Positions 34,042 to 42,366 of a stretch of DNA of 42,366 nucleotides are shown piece by piece (the stretch's first letter is position 1; the number at the start of each line of letters is the position of its first letter). This stretch comes from a virus (taxonomy: Duplodnaviria > Caudoviricetes). The stretch spans positions 1 to 42,366 of IMG/VR virus record IMGVR_UViG_3300024981_000260; one strand, 5' to 3'. Position numbers and translations under genes: made by a program. The notes under the pieces were generated by a model. It ran no database searches, was not told the DNA's origin, and saw only the letters and a program-made list of their open reading frames with translations.

Positions 34042-37000
34042 ATGAAAGCAGAAGAAATAGTGACAATACTTGTCAAGAGCGAAGGTTTCGGTAATGTAAC
34101 CGTCGATATAAACAAGCTGGCAAAAGGAATGAAAGAGATAGAACTTGAGTCGAAAGGTGCTAAAGCAGGAATAAAAGGCCTTAGAGAAGAAAATAAGGAA
34201 CTGGAAGATCTACTCAAAAGAGACACTGAGCAGTTGAAAGCTTTGAATAAAGAGATGGATCAGTTAAGGAAAAGAGGTCTTGGTGATTCCAAAGAAATGA
34301 AAGAAAAACAAGCTGACTATGAACTTGTAACAAAAAAGGCTGCCGGGTATGAAGCGCAAATAAGAAAAAACGACAGTACTATAAAGCAACTCGGTTACGC
34401 AGAAGAATATAGTATCCGGAATATGAAAATATCGGATATGACGATGAATCAGCTTTCGCGTCGTGCCGAATATCTGAGGGGTAAGCTTAACAATATTGTA
34501 AAAGACAAAGATCTTGACAAGTGGAATAAATACAACGATCAACTTGTTGCAGTAGAGAACCGTCAAAAAGAAGTAGCTGCCGGAGGCGAGAAAGTAAAAG
34601 GACGCTTTGATGGTATAGCCAATACCATTAAGAAAGTAATTCCCCTAATGGTAGCGTATTCTGCGTTACGTATTTTTCAGAATCTTATATCCGGAGCTGT
34701 AGATTGGCTGAAAAAAGCCCCCGAAGTAGCCGCAAAGGCCGAAGGTATAACACGTGCATTTACAAAACTAAACAATACGTCTCTTCTTACATCGCTCCGT
34801 AAAGAAACAAAGGGATTGATAAGCGATATGGTGTTGATGCAATCGACGGTAAAGGCCGATCGGTTTGGTATTCCTATCAACAATCTGGGTAAATATCTGA
34901 AGTTTGCACAACAGCGAGCGCAGGAAACAGGACAGTCGGTAGACTATCTCACCGAATCTATAATTAATGGGTTAGGTCGTAAATCACCGCTTATTCTTGA
35001 TAACCTTGGTATCTCAGCCGCACGCCTGAAGGCCGAAATGAAAAAAGGTCTTGATTTTACACAAGCTACAACAAAGATTGTAGAAGAGGAACTCAAGAAG
35101 CAAGGCGACCTATCTCTTACTTCTGCCGACAAGGCTACACAAGCATCCGTAAAATGGGATAATGCGCAGCTAAAAATAGGAAATGGCTTAAAATGGTTAT
35201 CAGACAAATGGAACGAGTTTTCGGGTAATGTTGCCGATGCTGTTGGCAGTATGGCGGGAGATTCTCGTACAGCAAGCCAGGTTTTTGATGATCAGAATAA
35301 ACGTGTTGCTGATCTCAATGTAAATATCCTGCCTCTTATCGACAAATACGATAAGCTTAAAGACAAAGTAAAACTAACCTATGGACAATCTAAAGAGCTG
35401 GATGATGAACACAAGGAAATGCTCGACTTAGTGGGGCAGATAACCGCTGCCATGCCACATTTACGTACAGAATTTGATCAATATGGACGTGCTATCGGCT
35501 TTAGCAGCGAAGAAGCTCGAAAATTTATCGAAACACAAAAAGCTGTACTTCCTTATCTGTATGCGAAGCAATTGGCAGAAGCAAAGAAGGATGTTGATAA
35601 ATATAAAAATGCTATCCGGGACTTAAACGCCGAGATAAATAATAAAGGGAAACTTAATGTAACAGTATCTACATCGGGAACTACTGCCGGAAAATCGGAG
35701 TTTGTTCCATGGACTGAAGAAGAATTGATTAATAAAAACGCACAATTAGCAGAATTTACGGCTAAGCTGGGTGCGGCAGAAAGAGCTGTAGACTATTTTA
35801 CAGGAAATACATCCGAAACATTGCAGAAAGGTGAGCAAAAAATCATAGAAAAGCGCAATGAGTTCAATGCCATGACTGATACGCAATTGAAGTCTTGGCT
35901 TAATATGCATAAGAATGCAAAAGATAAGGTAAAGGTTAATAACGAAGGCCTTATCGAAAATATGAAAGATACAGGAATAAAAATTGATGCTATCTTCAAT
36001 AAAACTATTACATCGGCAGATAAGTTTAGTCAAATTTTATTTTCTCGAAACGGGAAGCAATTATTGCCATTCACTAACAATGTAAAAGATACAGAAGTTG
36101 AGCTTTCAATACAGAAACAGCGAGAACTTGCCCAGCAAATATACAACCAGCGTGTAGGCTTCGAAACCCCACCTAAAGAAGAAAAAGAATCGAAAATACT
36201 TGCCCGTCAGAAGGAGGAGCTAAAGACACGTCTCGAAAATCAGGAAACGGCTCATAAGTACGAATTGATGGAAATAAAAGCTAATGCCGAGAAAAAAGGA
36301 TTGGCGGAAGATGAATATCAAAAGTTGGTACTCGAAAGCGATGCGAAATATTATAATGCCCGTATTGGTATTTATGATCAGTTTGTGAAGGATTATAATA
36401 TTACAAACGAGAAGTTTAAAGAAGACATCAAAGGCGGTCGTGCCGATGCCAAAGACAAGCTGGTTGATATCTCTCCACAGGTAGACAAAAATAGGCTTGA
36501 TGAGATGAAGAGATATCGTGACGAATCGTTACGCTATCTTGAGGAGTGGATCAATAAAGAAAAGTTGGTGCTCGAAAAACGGAATCTAAGCGCCGATCAA
36601 AATGCTCATGAATTGGAACTTATCGAGATTTCAGCATCGGAAACAAGGTTGCTTATTAATAAAGAATATGCGCAATATATTGAGAACCTTGAAATACAAA
36701 ACGGAAGAACAAAAACAGAAGCCGTACGTGAAGCGGGAGACGCTGTAATTGCTAGCGAAACGGATATAATTGCTAAACGGAAAGCTCTTGCGCAATCGAT
36801 GAAGGAAACGAGCTATAATGTTCGTTCACAATTTGGCTTGACAACCCGTGAAGAAGATTTTGCACATGATAAGAAAATGTTTGATGATTTATTGGCAAAT
36901 AAAGCTATCGACTACGAAACATATCTAAAATTGCTTAGTGGACTTGATCGGCAATATGAAGACAAAAACTTACAACTAAAGCAACAGTATAATATAGCGG

Positions 37001-38031
37001 GCATGCGTGAATTATATGATTCTGAAATGCAAGCTCTTATTTCTGCCCGTGAGCGTGAAGGTTGGACGGAAGAAGAATTCGAGAAAGCTAAATGGAATAT
37101 GAAGCTGAATTATGCAATTGAATTTGCACAAAAAGTAGCTCAAGTTACAGGCGCTGCAACATCTGCCGTATCTGCCCTTATGGCCGCTGAGACAGCACAG
37201 CTCGAAGCTGAATACGATGTGCGTATTGCTGCCGCCGAAGGGAATGCAAAAGAAACGGAGCGCCTCGAAAAAGAAAAAGCACAGAAAAAACTTGATTTAG
37301 AAAAAAAATATGCCGATGTACAGTTTGCCGTAAAAGCTTCTGATATTATTGCAAATACGGCTGTATCTATAATGAGAGCTTATGCGGATTTGCCATTACC
37401 GGCAGCAATTGTAGCTTCCGCATTCCTGGGTATTACAGGTTTGGCACAACTTGCCGTAGCCAATGCCGAACGTGAGAAAGTGAAGAATATGACACTGGGC
37501 GGAGCTTCTTCTTCGAGCGGTAGTAGGGGTGTTATCGTAGCCGGTAAAGAAGAAGGCGGATATATTAATGTTACCCGTTCGCAGGATGGTAAAAAGTTTG
37601 ATGCCGTATATGATCCCGAACGCAGGGGATTTGTAGACCGTCCGACGGTGATTGTCGGCGAATCGGGTAGGGAATGGGTACTTTCTAATAGCGGCATAAA
37701 GAACCCCACAATTGCACCTGTCATCGGGTTGATAGACGAAGCACAGCGCAACGGTACCGTGGAGTCGCTCGATCTGAACAGGGCACTGCGTTCTCAGCGC
37801 CTTGCCGGATATGCGTCGGGTGGTTCGCTTAACAATCGTCCGGTAAGTACACCGCCTTCGGCTTCGCCTGCTGCCGGTGCATATCGTAATACCGACCTGG
37901 ATATCGAGCTTCTTCTTTTGCTGCGTAGCCTGAACGAGAACGGTGTGATAGCTAATATCGGTATTACCGAACTGGAAGCCGAAAAGAAGCGGAAACAGGA
38001 TATAGACAATAAATTCACTCTTAAAGATTAG
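34042..38031 (+). CDS. Tail tape measure protein
   Basis: 1329 aa, long coiled-coil, Ala/Lys/Glu-rich, GRKSPLILDNLGI, hydrophobic segments, C-terminal GKEEGG/GESGREWV/GYASGG. Confidence 0.88.
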   Translation: MKAEEIVTILVKSEGFGNVTVDINKLAKGMKEIELESKGAKAGIKGLREENKELEDLLKRDTEQLKALNKEMDQLRKRGLGDSKEMKEKQADYELVTKKAAGYEAQIRKNDSTIKQLGYAEEYSIRNMKISDMTMNQLSRRAEYLRGKLNNIVKDKDLDKWNKYNDQLVAVENRQKEVAAGGEKVKGRFDGIANTIKKVIPLMVAYSALRIFQNLISGAVDWLKKAPEVAAKAEGITRAFTKLNNTSLLTSLRKETKGLISDMVLMQSTVKADRFGIPINNLGKYLKFAQQRAQETGQSVDYLTESIINGLGRKSPLILDNLGISAARLKAEMKKGLDFTQATTKIVEEELKKQGDLSLTSADKATQASVKWDNAQLKIGNGLKWLSDKWNEFSGNVADAVGSMAGDSRTASQVFDDQNKRVADLNVNILPLIDKYDKLKDKVKLTYGQSKELDDEHKEMLDLVGQITAAMPHLRTEFDQYGRAIGFSSEEARKFIETQKAVLPYLYAKQLAEAKKDVDKYKNAIRDLNAEINNKGKLNVTVSTSGTTAGKSEFVPWTEEELINKNAQLAEFTAKLGAAERAVDYFTGNTSETLQKGEQKIIEKRNEFNAMTDTQLKSWLNMHKNAKDKVKVNNEGLIENMKDTGIKIDAIFNKTITSADKFSQILFSRNGKQLLPFTNNVKDTEVELSIQKQRELAQQIYNQRVGFETPPKEEKESKILARQKEELKTRLENQETAHKYELMEIKANAEKKGLAEDEYQKLVLESDAKYYNARIGIYDQFVKDYNITNEKFKEDIKGGRADAKDKLVDISPQVDKNRLDEMKRYRDESLRYLEEWINKEKLVLEKRNLSADQNAHELELIEISASETRLLINKEYAQYIENLEIQNGRTKTEAVREAGDAVIASETDIIAKRKALAQSMKETSYNVRSQFGLTTREEDFAHDKKMFDDLLANKAIDYETYLKLLSGLDRQYEDKNLQLKQQYNIAGMRELYDSEMQALISAREREGWTEEEFEKAKWNMKLNYAIEFAQKVAQVTGAATSAVSALMAAETAQLEAEYDVRIAAAEGNAKETERLEKEKAQKKLDLEKKYADVQFAVKASDIIANTAVSIMRAYADLPLPAAIVASAFLGITGLAQLAVANAEREKVKNMTLGGASSSSGSRGVIVAGKEEGGYINVTRSQDGKKFDAVYDPERRGFVDRPTVIVGESGREWVLSNSGIKNPTIAPVIGLIDEAQRNGTVESLDLNRALRSQRLAGYASGGSLNNRPVSTPPSASPAAGAYRNTDLDIELLLLLRSLNENGVIANIGITELEAEKKRKQDIDNKFTLKD

Positions 38032-38033
38032 GT

Positions 38034-40226
38034 ATGAGTATAGTAATCCGCAAAAAAGATACCGGAGAGATATTTGATATACCTTCCGATTTTTCACTCG
38101 AAATAAATATAACATCGCCTATATTCAATAACATAGGTAGCAAGTCGGTGACAACATCGATACCACGTACGCCAAACAATAGCCGTTTGCTAGGCTATGC
38201 TTCGCGCCTCGATATAGATGCAAAGCCCATATCTAAGATTCCAGTGATAGTGTACGACTCTACCTATATGCGCCGTGGCATGATGTACCTGTCGTCAGCT
38301 TACAATACAACCAAAGGCTATGGTGTAACCATTGCTTTTGCCGAAGGTGTGATGTATGAGGAGATGAAAAGCGTAAAGCTTACAGCCTTATCGGGATTAC
38401 CTGTTATCGAAAAGAACTATCAGCAAATGAAAGAATACATGGATAATCTTTTTATTGATGATGACTTGGATAGCGAACTTACGTTGTTTACAATCACCTT
38501 GAAAGATGAAACGTATCCTAATCCTGAAAGTTCTTCGTCTGCCGACCTCGTAAATATTACCAGGCTGAATGATGTAGATCCTGAAACTACAAATACCTTA
38601 TATTGGCCTTATACCATAAATATTGTACAAAACAATGCACTTGTTCCGGTCGATGTTCCGGGAGGATACGGTGTTACTCCTTTTGTAAGGGTATGGTATG
38701 TGATCGATCGTATTTTCAATCATTTCGGGTATAAAATAGGCACCAACCCATTCAAAGAACACTATCAGCTTCGCCGGTTATGTGTGCTTAATAATGTGGC
38801 CGATGCACTTGTGTTAAACAAAATAGATTATTCGCAATTGCTACCCGATGTAACGGTAATCGATTTTCTGACCAGTATGCAATGTCGGTTCGGAATGATT
38901 TTTCTTGTTGACGGCGATTCGGATACGGTTAATATATCCTTACTAAAGGATGTATTCGAGAATAAAACATCATCACAGATCGATGTGTCTTCGTTACCTG
39001 ACATAGACTATACCGAGCCGAAGCAATTGAAACTTAGCTGTGCCCGTTCGCTCGATCGTTCGTCGACTGAGAAAGATACGTATGCCGAATTTATAAAGAA
39101 ATACAGGTATCAGTTAGGGCGTTTTGTGTATGACACCGGAAGTTATCAGTTTGGTTTATGCTATTCCAAGCAGCAAGGTTTGTATGCTATTACATCCTTG
39201 GTATATGGTACGCCTAAAATTGTCTCGTCGGTTCATTTCGATTGGGATCAGAAAGCCGACATGGAATATGAGGAACTGAACAGTGTAGACGAAGGGCTCA
39301 CAATGGATAAGAATTACCGTATATATTATGGTATAAGTCCGCAATTACTCAATTCTAAGTTAAAAATAGACTCAGAAGATGTAGAAGTAGAGAATAACAG
39401 CAAACTCGCTTTTGCCTGGGATATGGGCGAAGGATATAATGTAGACAGAGCTACAGGCGAACGGTTCTATTGGGGTTATAAGTGGGGTTCTGTATTGCCT
39501 TATGTTCCTTATTCTCCCGAATATAGAGATCCTGTGTATTTCGAAGATAAGGACGGAAATATATTTCAATATGCATTAACTTTTATCGGAGAAGATGGAT
39601 GCTTTAATCGTTTTCATAAACAATACGATGCCTTCTTGCGTCACTCTAACAATGTCGTTAAAGTTGATATCGACAAATCGCTGTATGAGTTAGCCAATAT
39701 AGACTACAAAGCCAAGTACAGTGTCGATAATCATCCGTTATTGATCGATAAGGTAAATCATATACTGGGTGCTCGCAAAACGGTATCGATGGAGCTGCGA
39801 ACAACACGTCTTTATCGTCCTTACGACCTGAATAGCGATCATGCCCTGCCCGAAACGCAGCCCATAACTTCTATGTGGGAAGTGGTAACAGATCCTGCCG
39901 TAGACTTGGCTGACGCTACTCCAAAGCTTCAGGCAAAATTGATAGCAGAAGGCCAAGCGCAATATCCGGATTATATTTTTAGAGAATTGATATTATTAGA
40001 ATCTACAGTAATAGATCGGAACCCGAATATAGAAGGATTGTGGTATTTGCCTCCTACCGAACAACAGGTTATTGACGGTGAAAAGTTAGGTTACGGAAAA
40101 TATAGAATACGTCGAAAATTTCTTCATGTGTATTATGCTAATTCTCAAGATAGGGGTGATACAATTTATATAGAAACCTATTATTACTATTTCGTAGCAA
40201 AAGCAATTCCACCACGTCCAAGTTGA
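38034..40226 (+). CDS. Tail tip/hub structural protein
   Basis: 730 aa directly after tape measure. Confidence 0.65.
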   Translation: MSIVIRKKDTGEIFDIPSDFSLEINITSPIFNNIGSKSVTTSIPRTPNNSRLLGYASRLDIDAKPISKIPVIVYDSTYMRRGMMYLSSAYNTTKGYGVTIAFAEGVMYEEMKSVKLTALSGLPVIEKNYQQMKEYMDNLFIDDDLDSELTLFTITLKDETYPNPESSSSADLVNITRLNDVDPETTNTLYWPYTINIVQNNALVPVDVPGGYGVTPFVRVWYVIDRIFNHFGYKIGTNPFKEHYQLRRLCVLNNVADALVLNKIDYSQLLPDVTVIDFLTSMQCRFGMIFLVDGDSDTVNISLLKDVFENKTSSQIDVSSLPDIDYTEPKQLKLSCARSLDRSSTEKDTYAEFIKKYRYQLGRFVYDTGSYQFGLCYSKQQGLYAITSLVYGTPKIVSSVHFDWDQKADMEYEELNSVDEGLTMDKNYRIYYGISPQLLNSKLKIDSEDVEVENNSKLAFAWDMGEGYNVDRATGERFYWGYKWGSVLPYVPYSPEYRDPVYFEDKDGNIFQYALTFIGEDGCFNRFHKQYDAFLRHSNNVVKVDIDKSLYELANIDYKAKYSVDNHPLLIDKVNHILGARKTVSMELRTTRLYRPYDLNSDHALPETQPITSMWEVVTDPAVDLADATPKLQAKLIAEGQAQYPDYIFRELILLESTVIDRNPNIEGLWYLPPTEQQVIDGEKLGYGKYRIRRKFLHVYYANSQDRGDTIYIETYYYYFVAKAIPPRPS

Positions 40227-40235
40227 TGTTTTTTT

Positions 40236-40270
40236 GTCCTTTTATATGCCTGCATAAAATCTGATTTTTG
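40236..40270 (+). promoter_or_regulatory. Putative late promoter 4
   Basis: GTCCTTT 40236 and GAttTTTG 40263. Confidence 0.55.
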
Positions 40271-40285
40271 ATAAAAATTTTGTAT

Positions 40286-41428
40286 ATGAGTGTACAGATC
40301 GTAAAACAACCTAACAATTATTGCTTCGCCGGAAATCCGGTATCATTCGTTTTCAGTTCGAGTACGAACGACGAATTCAGGGTTGTTATAAATGTTGCCG
40401 GTGAAAGTTTAGAGCTGTCGCTTTATCCTTATGGTGCTAGTGCTCCGTACCGTGCCGATTTGGAATTATCTGATCTCTTACAAAAATTCTTTGATGTGCC
40501 TACCGTATCAGACTCGGATATAATAGTGCCAATCGATAATTTCGGACTGTCTTATTCTATTTCTGTGGATAGTGCTACGTTGTTTTCGGGCGTGGCTTTT
40601 CAGGGGGGGCTAAGTAAGTCTTTCTTGAAAATGCTGTATGATTCTGAATATAAGGATATTTTTAATTATCGATTAAATAATAAAAACAATCAATTCCTTT
40701 TCACGACACGTTCGCAAAGCAAGAATATAAAAATACGCCACTCAGAAATTTCTTCTTTCATATTTATTCATCCGGGTACATATATAAATTTTATTTCAAG
40801 TAATGGGATAGTTGTTAGTACTGAACCTCTTATTAAAGGGACTTTATGTTCAATGAATTTAAAAATCATACTTGATATCTATGAATTTTCGTATGAAGAT
40901 GTCAAGTATATTGATGTATTTACGGATAATGAAGAATATTCTTTCCGCATTAATATAATCCCATCCATTCTATCCGAAGAAAGATATCTGCTGAAATTCA
41001 AAAATTCACTAGGCGCTTACGAGTATATTGATATTACAGGAAAAGCTTATTGCGTTCCTGAATCTAACGAAGAATATTCGTGGAAATCACTTTCTGCTTA
41101 TGGTTTTTTTGAAGATAAAAGAGATAGAGTAGAATCACGGTCTGTGTTAGAAGTTGAAACCGGTTTTAAAACAAAAGATGAGTTAGATTTTATTTTGGAT
41201 ATGGTGCATAGCGATGATATATATATAATCTATCCTGATGCATCTGAAGTAAAAGTGCTTGTTTCTGTAGATAATATTCGGTATAGAAATAGGCAAACGG
41301 TTACAAACTCGATTCCATTAAAGATAAAAGAAGTTGTAGAAAACAAATATTTATCGCCAAATATAAATCCTTATGAATTATCAACAGGAGGCATATTTGA
41401 TGCTAGTTATGATTATACATTTGAATGA
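40286..41428 (+). CDS. Tail structural protein
   Basis: ATG 40286; LKFKNSLGAYEY motif; ends GIFDASYDYTFE. Confidence 0.65.
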   Translation: MSVQIVKQPNNYCFAGNPVSFVFSSSTNDEFRVVINVAGESLELSLYPYGASAPYRADLELSDLLQKFFDVPTVSDSDIIVPIDNFGLSYSISVDSATLFSGVAFQGGLSKSFLKMLYDSEYKDIFNYRLNNKNNQFLFTTRSQSKNIKIRHSEISSFIFIHPGTYINFISSNGIVVSTEPLIKGTLCSMNLKIILDIYEFSYEDVKYIDVFTDNEEYSFRINIIPSILSEERYLLKFKNSLGAYEYIDITGKAYCVPESNEEYSWKSLSAYGFFEDKRDRVESRSVLEVETGFKTKDELDFILDMVHSDDIYIIYPDASEVKVLVSVDNIRYRNRQTVTNSIPLKIKEVVENKYLSPNINPYELSTGGIFDASYDYTFE

Positions 41429-41835
41429 TTATGGTAACAGTAGACATTTTATTAAGGGTAGCTTTTCAGATATATATAGCTTCATTGAAAGGGGAAAATA
41501 CTTCTAAACGTGTCGGAGGTCTTCTTAGAGATATAATTAATTTTTTTGAACAAACAAAATTACAGTCAGGAGGATATTTAGGCACTGCTCAGGATCTATA
41601 TAATATAATATCATCTGTAGAAGGTGGCTATAATGGAATCGCTTCTGTCGATATAGTGAATCCAATAGTAAGAGGTTATTATATAAGTCTGACTGGAGGT
41701 GTATTTCCTAATTTCGGAAACATTGTAGTTCCTGAAGGATATAGTATTTTATATTTTGAAGATGGTCATTGGGCATATCAAAATATAACACTTAATCCAA
41801 ATGATCCAATTTTAGACACAGAATTTTTTGATTAA
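41425..41835 (+). CDS. Tail-associated hypothetical protein
   Basis: GENTSKRVGGLL; GVFPNFG; position among tail genes. Confidence 0.6.
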   Translation: MIMVTVDILLRVAFQIYIASLKGENTSKRVGGLLRDIINFFEQTKLQSGGYLGTAQDLYNIISSVEGGYNGIASVDIVNPIVRGYYISLTGGVFPNFGNIVVPEGYSILYFEDGHWAYQNITLNPNDPILDTEFFD

Positions 41836-41847
41836 TAAATTAAATAT

Positions 41848-42366
41848 ATGGGCACAGGTCAGGCAACAAATCCGGGGAATGGTATTTGGAGTAATATTGT
41901 TTCCTCTGAATCGGGAATAAATGTTAATTACATAGAGGTATCTAATTTTGTAGACGGTACGGTAATGACAGATGATAAATTAGATAATGTAATTTATCGA
42001 AAAAAGGGAAGTTTATACTTACGTCAAGCCTTAGATTTAACTAAAAGTCGCACATTGACAGTTAATACTGTAAATGATATCCGTTACATGTCGTTGCAGA
42101 ATATAATACTTTTAAAACTAGGGTATTATGATAAGGTTACCACAAAAGGATACTACTCTGAGAGTGATGGCGGATCGGCATCTTATACTATGATGGAGAG
42201 TCTCGGTACTGATGATGGTTTCTTGACTATTAATGTTGTCAATGCAACATTGTCTATATCTCTTTCATTGATACAGGAACGTTTTGTGTCATCAAAACAA
42301 GCAGGTGTAAAAGGAGATGGTATAACTGATGACACAGTGCAAATGCAGTTATTTGCTAATTCTATT
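41848..42366 (+). CDS. Tailspike/depolymerase-like receptor-binding protein, N-terminal part (runs off window; not in ORF track)
   Basis: Open frame from ATG 41848; TKGYYSESDGGSASY and AGVKGDGITDDT (start of pectate-lyase-3-like beta-helix). Confidence 0.75.
   Translation, partial: MGTGQATNPGNGIWSNIVSSESGINVNYIEVSNFVDGTVMTDDKLDNVIYRKKGSLYLRQALDLTKSRTLTVNTVNDIRYMSLQNIILLKLGYYDKVTTKGYYSESDGGSASYTMMESLGTDDGFLTINVVNATLSISLSLIQERFVSSKQAGVKGDGITDDTVQMQLFANSI

Larger units (their letters stand above)
1..42366 (+). mobile_element. Prophage/temperate phage segment (Bacteroidota siphovirus-like); both ends outside the window
   Basis: Co-oriented primase, Clp/S49 protease, capsid, terminase, portal, tape measure and tailspike-like genes; no housekeeping genes. 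Confidence 0.93.

Noticed and set aside
1-42366. Integrase, att sites, lysis cassette, tRNA/rRNA
   Set aside because: None recognisable by eye; probably outside the window, so integration state and boundaries cannot be determined

Overview
The window is a contiguous part of a temperate tailed phage (prophage) of a Bacteroidota host. Host assignment rests on TAnnTTTG-type promoters, AT-rich leaders without Shine-Dalgarno sequences and protein style; the genus cannot be fixed. Almost all genes are on the + strand. Layout: early genes (1-13.7 kb) with a complete diversity-generating retroelement (DGR) and a 1355-aa DnaG primase/P-loop NTPase fusion; an iteron-rich putative origin (about 13.9-14.3 kb); a head module (S49 protease, major capsid, terminases); a 5-kb accessory island with its own HTH switch between terL and portal; portal/neck, tape measure and tail genes; and the start of a tailspike. 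The standout is the DGR. One 78-bp template (TR, 2833-2910) matches variable repeats (VRs) in three tandem, paralogous, small (123-157 aa) genes of the early/replication region, with differences essentially only at TR adenines. No Avd is recognisable. A PAPS-reductase-family gene sits between TR and the RT and is translationally coupled to the RT, and a small unknown gene overlaps the RT stop. Other signals: three consecutive genes carrying SSB-tail-like D(D)LPF/DDDIPF motifs, a likely -1 frameshift at an A9 run in the head module, four late-promoter candidates with GTCCTTT exactly 27 bp before a -7 box, and a second iteron cluster between 44-bp direct repeats 14 kb from the origin. No integrase, lysis genes, att sites, tRNA/rRNA or CRISPR array were seen. 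All product calls come from motif reading, not database searches.
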